Source: Limisphaerales bacterium (GTDB lineage: Bacteria > Verrucomicrobiota > Verrucomicrobiia > Limisphaerales > SIBE01). From it: 20,000 nt of DNA. The number at the start of each line of letters is the position of its first letter. Position 1 is the stretch's first letter. Shown in pieces: positions 17,495-20,000 of this stretch. Below the pieces are notes generated by a model that saw only the letters and a list, made by a program, of their open reading frames with translations, searched no databases and was not told where the DNA came from. The position numbers were made by a program, and so were the translations under genes. Location of the stretch: the NCBI GenBank assembly GCA_044225505.1, contig JBGAIN010000006.1, forward strand, positions 106,866 through 126,865, read 5' to 3'.

Positions 17495-17535
17495 AGGGTA
17501 TACCTGTTTTTTTGAGTAACGCAAGAAAAAAACAG
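17495..17535 (-). promoter_or_regulatory. Putative promoter with overlapping inverted repeat for the candidate sRNA
   Basis: TTGCGT-N16-TATACC (or N18-TACCCT); inverted repeat CTGTTTTTTT (17504-17513) / AAAAAAACAG (17526-17535) brackets the -35. Confidence 0.4.
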
Positions 17536-17813
17536 CCACCCTCAATTGAAAGTGGCTGCAATCCCCATCCCCGCTCTGGCGTTAAAAAACGGCCCCACGG
17601 CTATCCCACGGAATGCCGATATTCCGCTTAGTCTAACACGTCTTAGGTACTGCGCAACAAACGGTCTCAGTATTCAGTGCTTCTCATTCCTCTCCCTTCC
17701 ACCAGTAGCTTCTCCTTTGCTGCACGTCTTTGCTGCGTAGGGCCAATAGGTTATCTGCGAAAGTCTCGCGGCCCAGCCGTGGCAATCCTGCTCTCCGTAC
17801 GGTACTGTCTTCT

Positions 17814-19523
17814 ATGAGGTATCACGCCCTGGCCACGGACTACGACGGAACAATTGCCACGCACGGTTCTGTGGACGACCCCACGCTCAGGGCATTACAA
17901 CGTCTGCGGGAATCCGGGCGGAAGCTGGTGTTGGTGACCGGGCGCGAATTGCCAGATCTGTTCTCGGTTTTTGCTCACGTTGACCTTTTCGATCGCGTGG
18001 TTGCGGAGAATGGGGCGTTGCTCTATCGCCCCAAGACGAAGGAAATGCAACCTTTAGGGACCCCACCCACTCCAGCGTTCGTGGATCGTCTTCGGGCTCG
18101 CGGGGTCGATCCGCTCTCGGTTGGCCACAGTATCGTTGCGACGTTTGAGCCGAATGAAACGCTGGTTCTGGAGGCGATTCGTGACCTCGGGCTTGAATTG
18201 CAGGTCATTTTTAATAAAGGCGCTGTCATGGTCCTGCCTTCCGGCGTCAACAAGGCGACTGGGCTGTCTGTAGCTCTGAGCGACCTCGGTCTTTCCGCCC
18301 ACAATGTTGTGGGGGTGGGAGACGCAGAAAACGACCATGCCTTCCTCGACTACTGTGAGTGTGCGGTCGCCGTGGCAAATGCGCTTCCGGCCTTGAAGGA
18401 CAAAGCGGACTGGGTGACTTCCGCTGGCCATGGCGCCGGAGTGACGCAATTGATCGATCAACTCATCGAGAACGACCTGTCCGGTGTGGACGCGCAGCTT
18501 CGGCGGCACGACACTCCCATCGGCACGGATGAACAGGGGAAGGAGGTCAGAACAAAGGCATTCGGTGCGAATATCCTCATCGCTGGATCTCCTGGTACTG
18601 GCCGGTCCACGCTGCTCGCCGCGTTCACCGAGCGCTTGATTGAAGGTGGGTATCAAGTCTGCGTGGTGGGGGCTCGTGGCAGTCTCTTGCCAGGGGACAC
18701 TCCCATGTTGTTCGGAGATGCAGCTCGCGCGCCGGTGGTCGAAACTATTCTACAATCGTTGGAGCAACCCGCCAACAATATCGCTGTGAATCTGGCCGCA
18801 GTGGAAGTGGGAAGCCGGCCGGCCTTTTTTCAAAAGATCTTTCCAGGGCTCCTCTCCCTGCGCGCGCGCACCGGCCGGCCCCATTGGATCGTTCTGCAGG
18901 ATGCCGAACAGTTGCTGCCTGCGTCATGGCAACCCGCGACGGCTGTATTGCCGGCAAGCTTGGTGAATCTTGCGTTGCAAACGGACGACCCGCAAAAGCT
19001 GGCCGGCGGCCTTCTAAAGTCCGTCGATATGGTGTTGACGTTGGGCGAGGCCGCAACTGCAGCATTGCGCTCCTTCGCTGGTGCCACCGCCAATCCATTG
19101 CCCGCGACGTTGTCCCCACCGCCTCCAGGTTCCGTTCTGGCCTGGCGCGCCGGGACAGGCCCGTTCTTTCTCACTCCCGCAAAGACCCCGGCCTCAAAAC
19201 AGAAGCAAGTCCGAAACCTCGCCCAGGTCGATCTTTCCGCCGAACGCAGTTTTTATTTCGAAGGGCCCGAGCAGAAACTTCATTTGCGCGCCCAGAACCT
19301 GGGAACTTTTTTGCAGTTGGCAGAGGGAGTGGACGCTCATACCTGGGAATATCATTTACGCCGAGGAGAATACTCACGCTGGCTCCGCCGAGAGTTCAAG
19401 AACGAGGCGTTGGCAGATGCGGTTCAAGCGGTTGAGCAAACGGCAGATTTGCAGCCGGAGGAGAGTCGGCGCCGCATCCGGGCGCTCCTGGAAAGCCCGT
19501 CGACACCAGCGTCGGGCGTCTAA
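17814..19523 (+). CDS. HAD-IIB (Cof-like) hydrolase fused to a degenerate P-loop domain and a C-terminal helical domain
   Basis: ATDYDGT (motif I), LVTGR, VAENGA, VNKATG, GVGDAENDHAF; then GSPGTGRST and WIVLQDAEQ; tail LRAQNL..F...WEYHLRRGEYSRW. Confidence 0.88.
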   Translation: MRYHALATDYDGTIATHGSVDDPTLRALQRLRESGRKLVLVTGRELPDLFSVFAHVDLFDRVVAENGALLYRPKTKEMQPLGTPPTPAFVDRLRARGVDPLSVGHSIVATFEPNETLVLEAIRDLGLELQVIFNKGAVMVLPSGVNKATGLSVALSDLGLSAHNVVGVGDAENDHAFLDYCECAVAVANALPALKDKADWVTSAGHGAGVTQLIDQLIENDLSGVDAQLRRHDTPIGTDEQGKEVRTKAFGANILIAGSPGTGRSTLLAAFTERLIEGGYQVCVVGARGSLLPGDTPMLFGDAARAPVVETILQSLEQPANNIAVNLAAVEVGSRPAFFQKIFPGLLSLRARTGRPHWIVLQDAEQLLPASWQPATAVLPASLVNLALQTDDPQKLAGGLLKSVDMVLTLGEAATAALRSFAGATANPLPATLSPPPPGSVLAWRAGTGPFFLTPAKTPASKQKQVRNLAQVDLSAERSFYFEGPEQKLHLRAQNLGTFLQLAEGVDAHTWEYHLRRGEYSRWLRREFKNEALADAVQAVEQTADLQPEESRRRIRALLESPSTPASGV

Positions 19524-19690
19524 GTATTCGATGCTGCCCCAGATTCACGCTCCTGCAACCAGGCTTGACGTCGTCGACCGACCAGCCGTTGGGAAGCGCC
19601 ATGGCACTCAAGTGCTCCGCTCGCGGAATTTGGTTCCGAGTCCGGAACACCGTTTGCGGAACAGGCTACGCCTGTGCTGGCGTCGAGGGA

Positions 19691-20000
19691 TCACTTGCGA
19701 GCCTTGGCACGAATGTCGAGAAGGGCTTTCATGATTCCGGACAAGTTCCCTTGCCACTCCCGCGTGCCTAACGCATCGTGCAGTTCTCGGTAGAGGGTGT
19801 AGAGCTGCTGGTAAGTCGCATGATGCTTCGGGTTCGGTTTATACATGCGCGGCTTAAGTCCGGTCATTCGTTTCTGAGCGGTGGCATAGTCCGGATGCAC
19901 CCCGCCCACGACGGCCCCGGCGATGGCGGCCCCCAAAGCACAGGTCTGCGCCGACCGGGAAACTTTCATCGGCCGTCCCGTAACATCGGCATAAATCTGC
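19691..20000 (-). CDS. araB: FGGY-family carbohydrate kinase, probably L-ribulokinase; C-terminal part only
   Basis: QIYADVTGRPMKVSRSAQTCALGAAIAGAV...YQQLYTLYRELHDALG...IMKALL; 5' end is outside the window. Confidence 0.82.
   Translation of the reverse strand, partial: QIYADVTGRPMKVSRSAQTCALGAAIAGAVVGGVHPDYATAQKRMTGLKPRMYKPNPKHHATYQQLYTLYRELHDALGTREWQGNLSGIMKALLDIRAKARK

Overview
GC-rich bacterial chromosomal window. Protein styles suggest a Verrucomicrobiota (Pedosphaera/Limisphaera-like) organism; this is inference, not a search result. It is mostly housekeeping and envelope genes. Minus strand, left part: partial ABC ATPase, secreted cyclophilin with an extra C-terminal domain, inositol monophosphatase, rsmD, frameshifted lpxR-like gene, gap, rhomboid protease. 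Then radC, a small membrane protein and an orphan lpxA (+); a three-gene ECF sigma unit (-); an alpha2-type glycyl-tRNA synthetase coupled to a DUF2127-like protein and a large double FG-GAP/ASPIC protein (+); a HAD/degenerate P-loop fusion (+); and a partial ribulokinase (-). The most interesting signals are non-coding: (1) a 307-bp non-autonomous element with perfect 18-bp IS4-like inverted repeats and a 10-bp target duplication, carrying two inverted tri-hairpin REP-like units; (2) a candidate ~80-nt minus-strand sRNA with its own promoter-like site and U-tail whose loop displays an anti-Shine-Dalgarno sequence; (3) a palindromic array of 11-bp repeats between the divergent rhomboid and radC genes. 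No CRISPR, rRNA, tRNA or transposase gene is seen.
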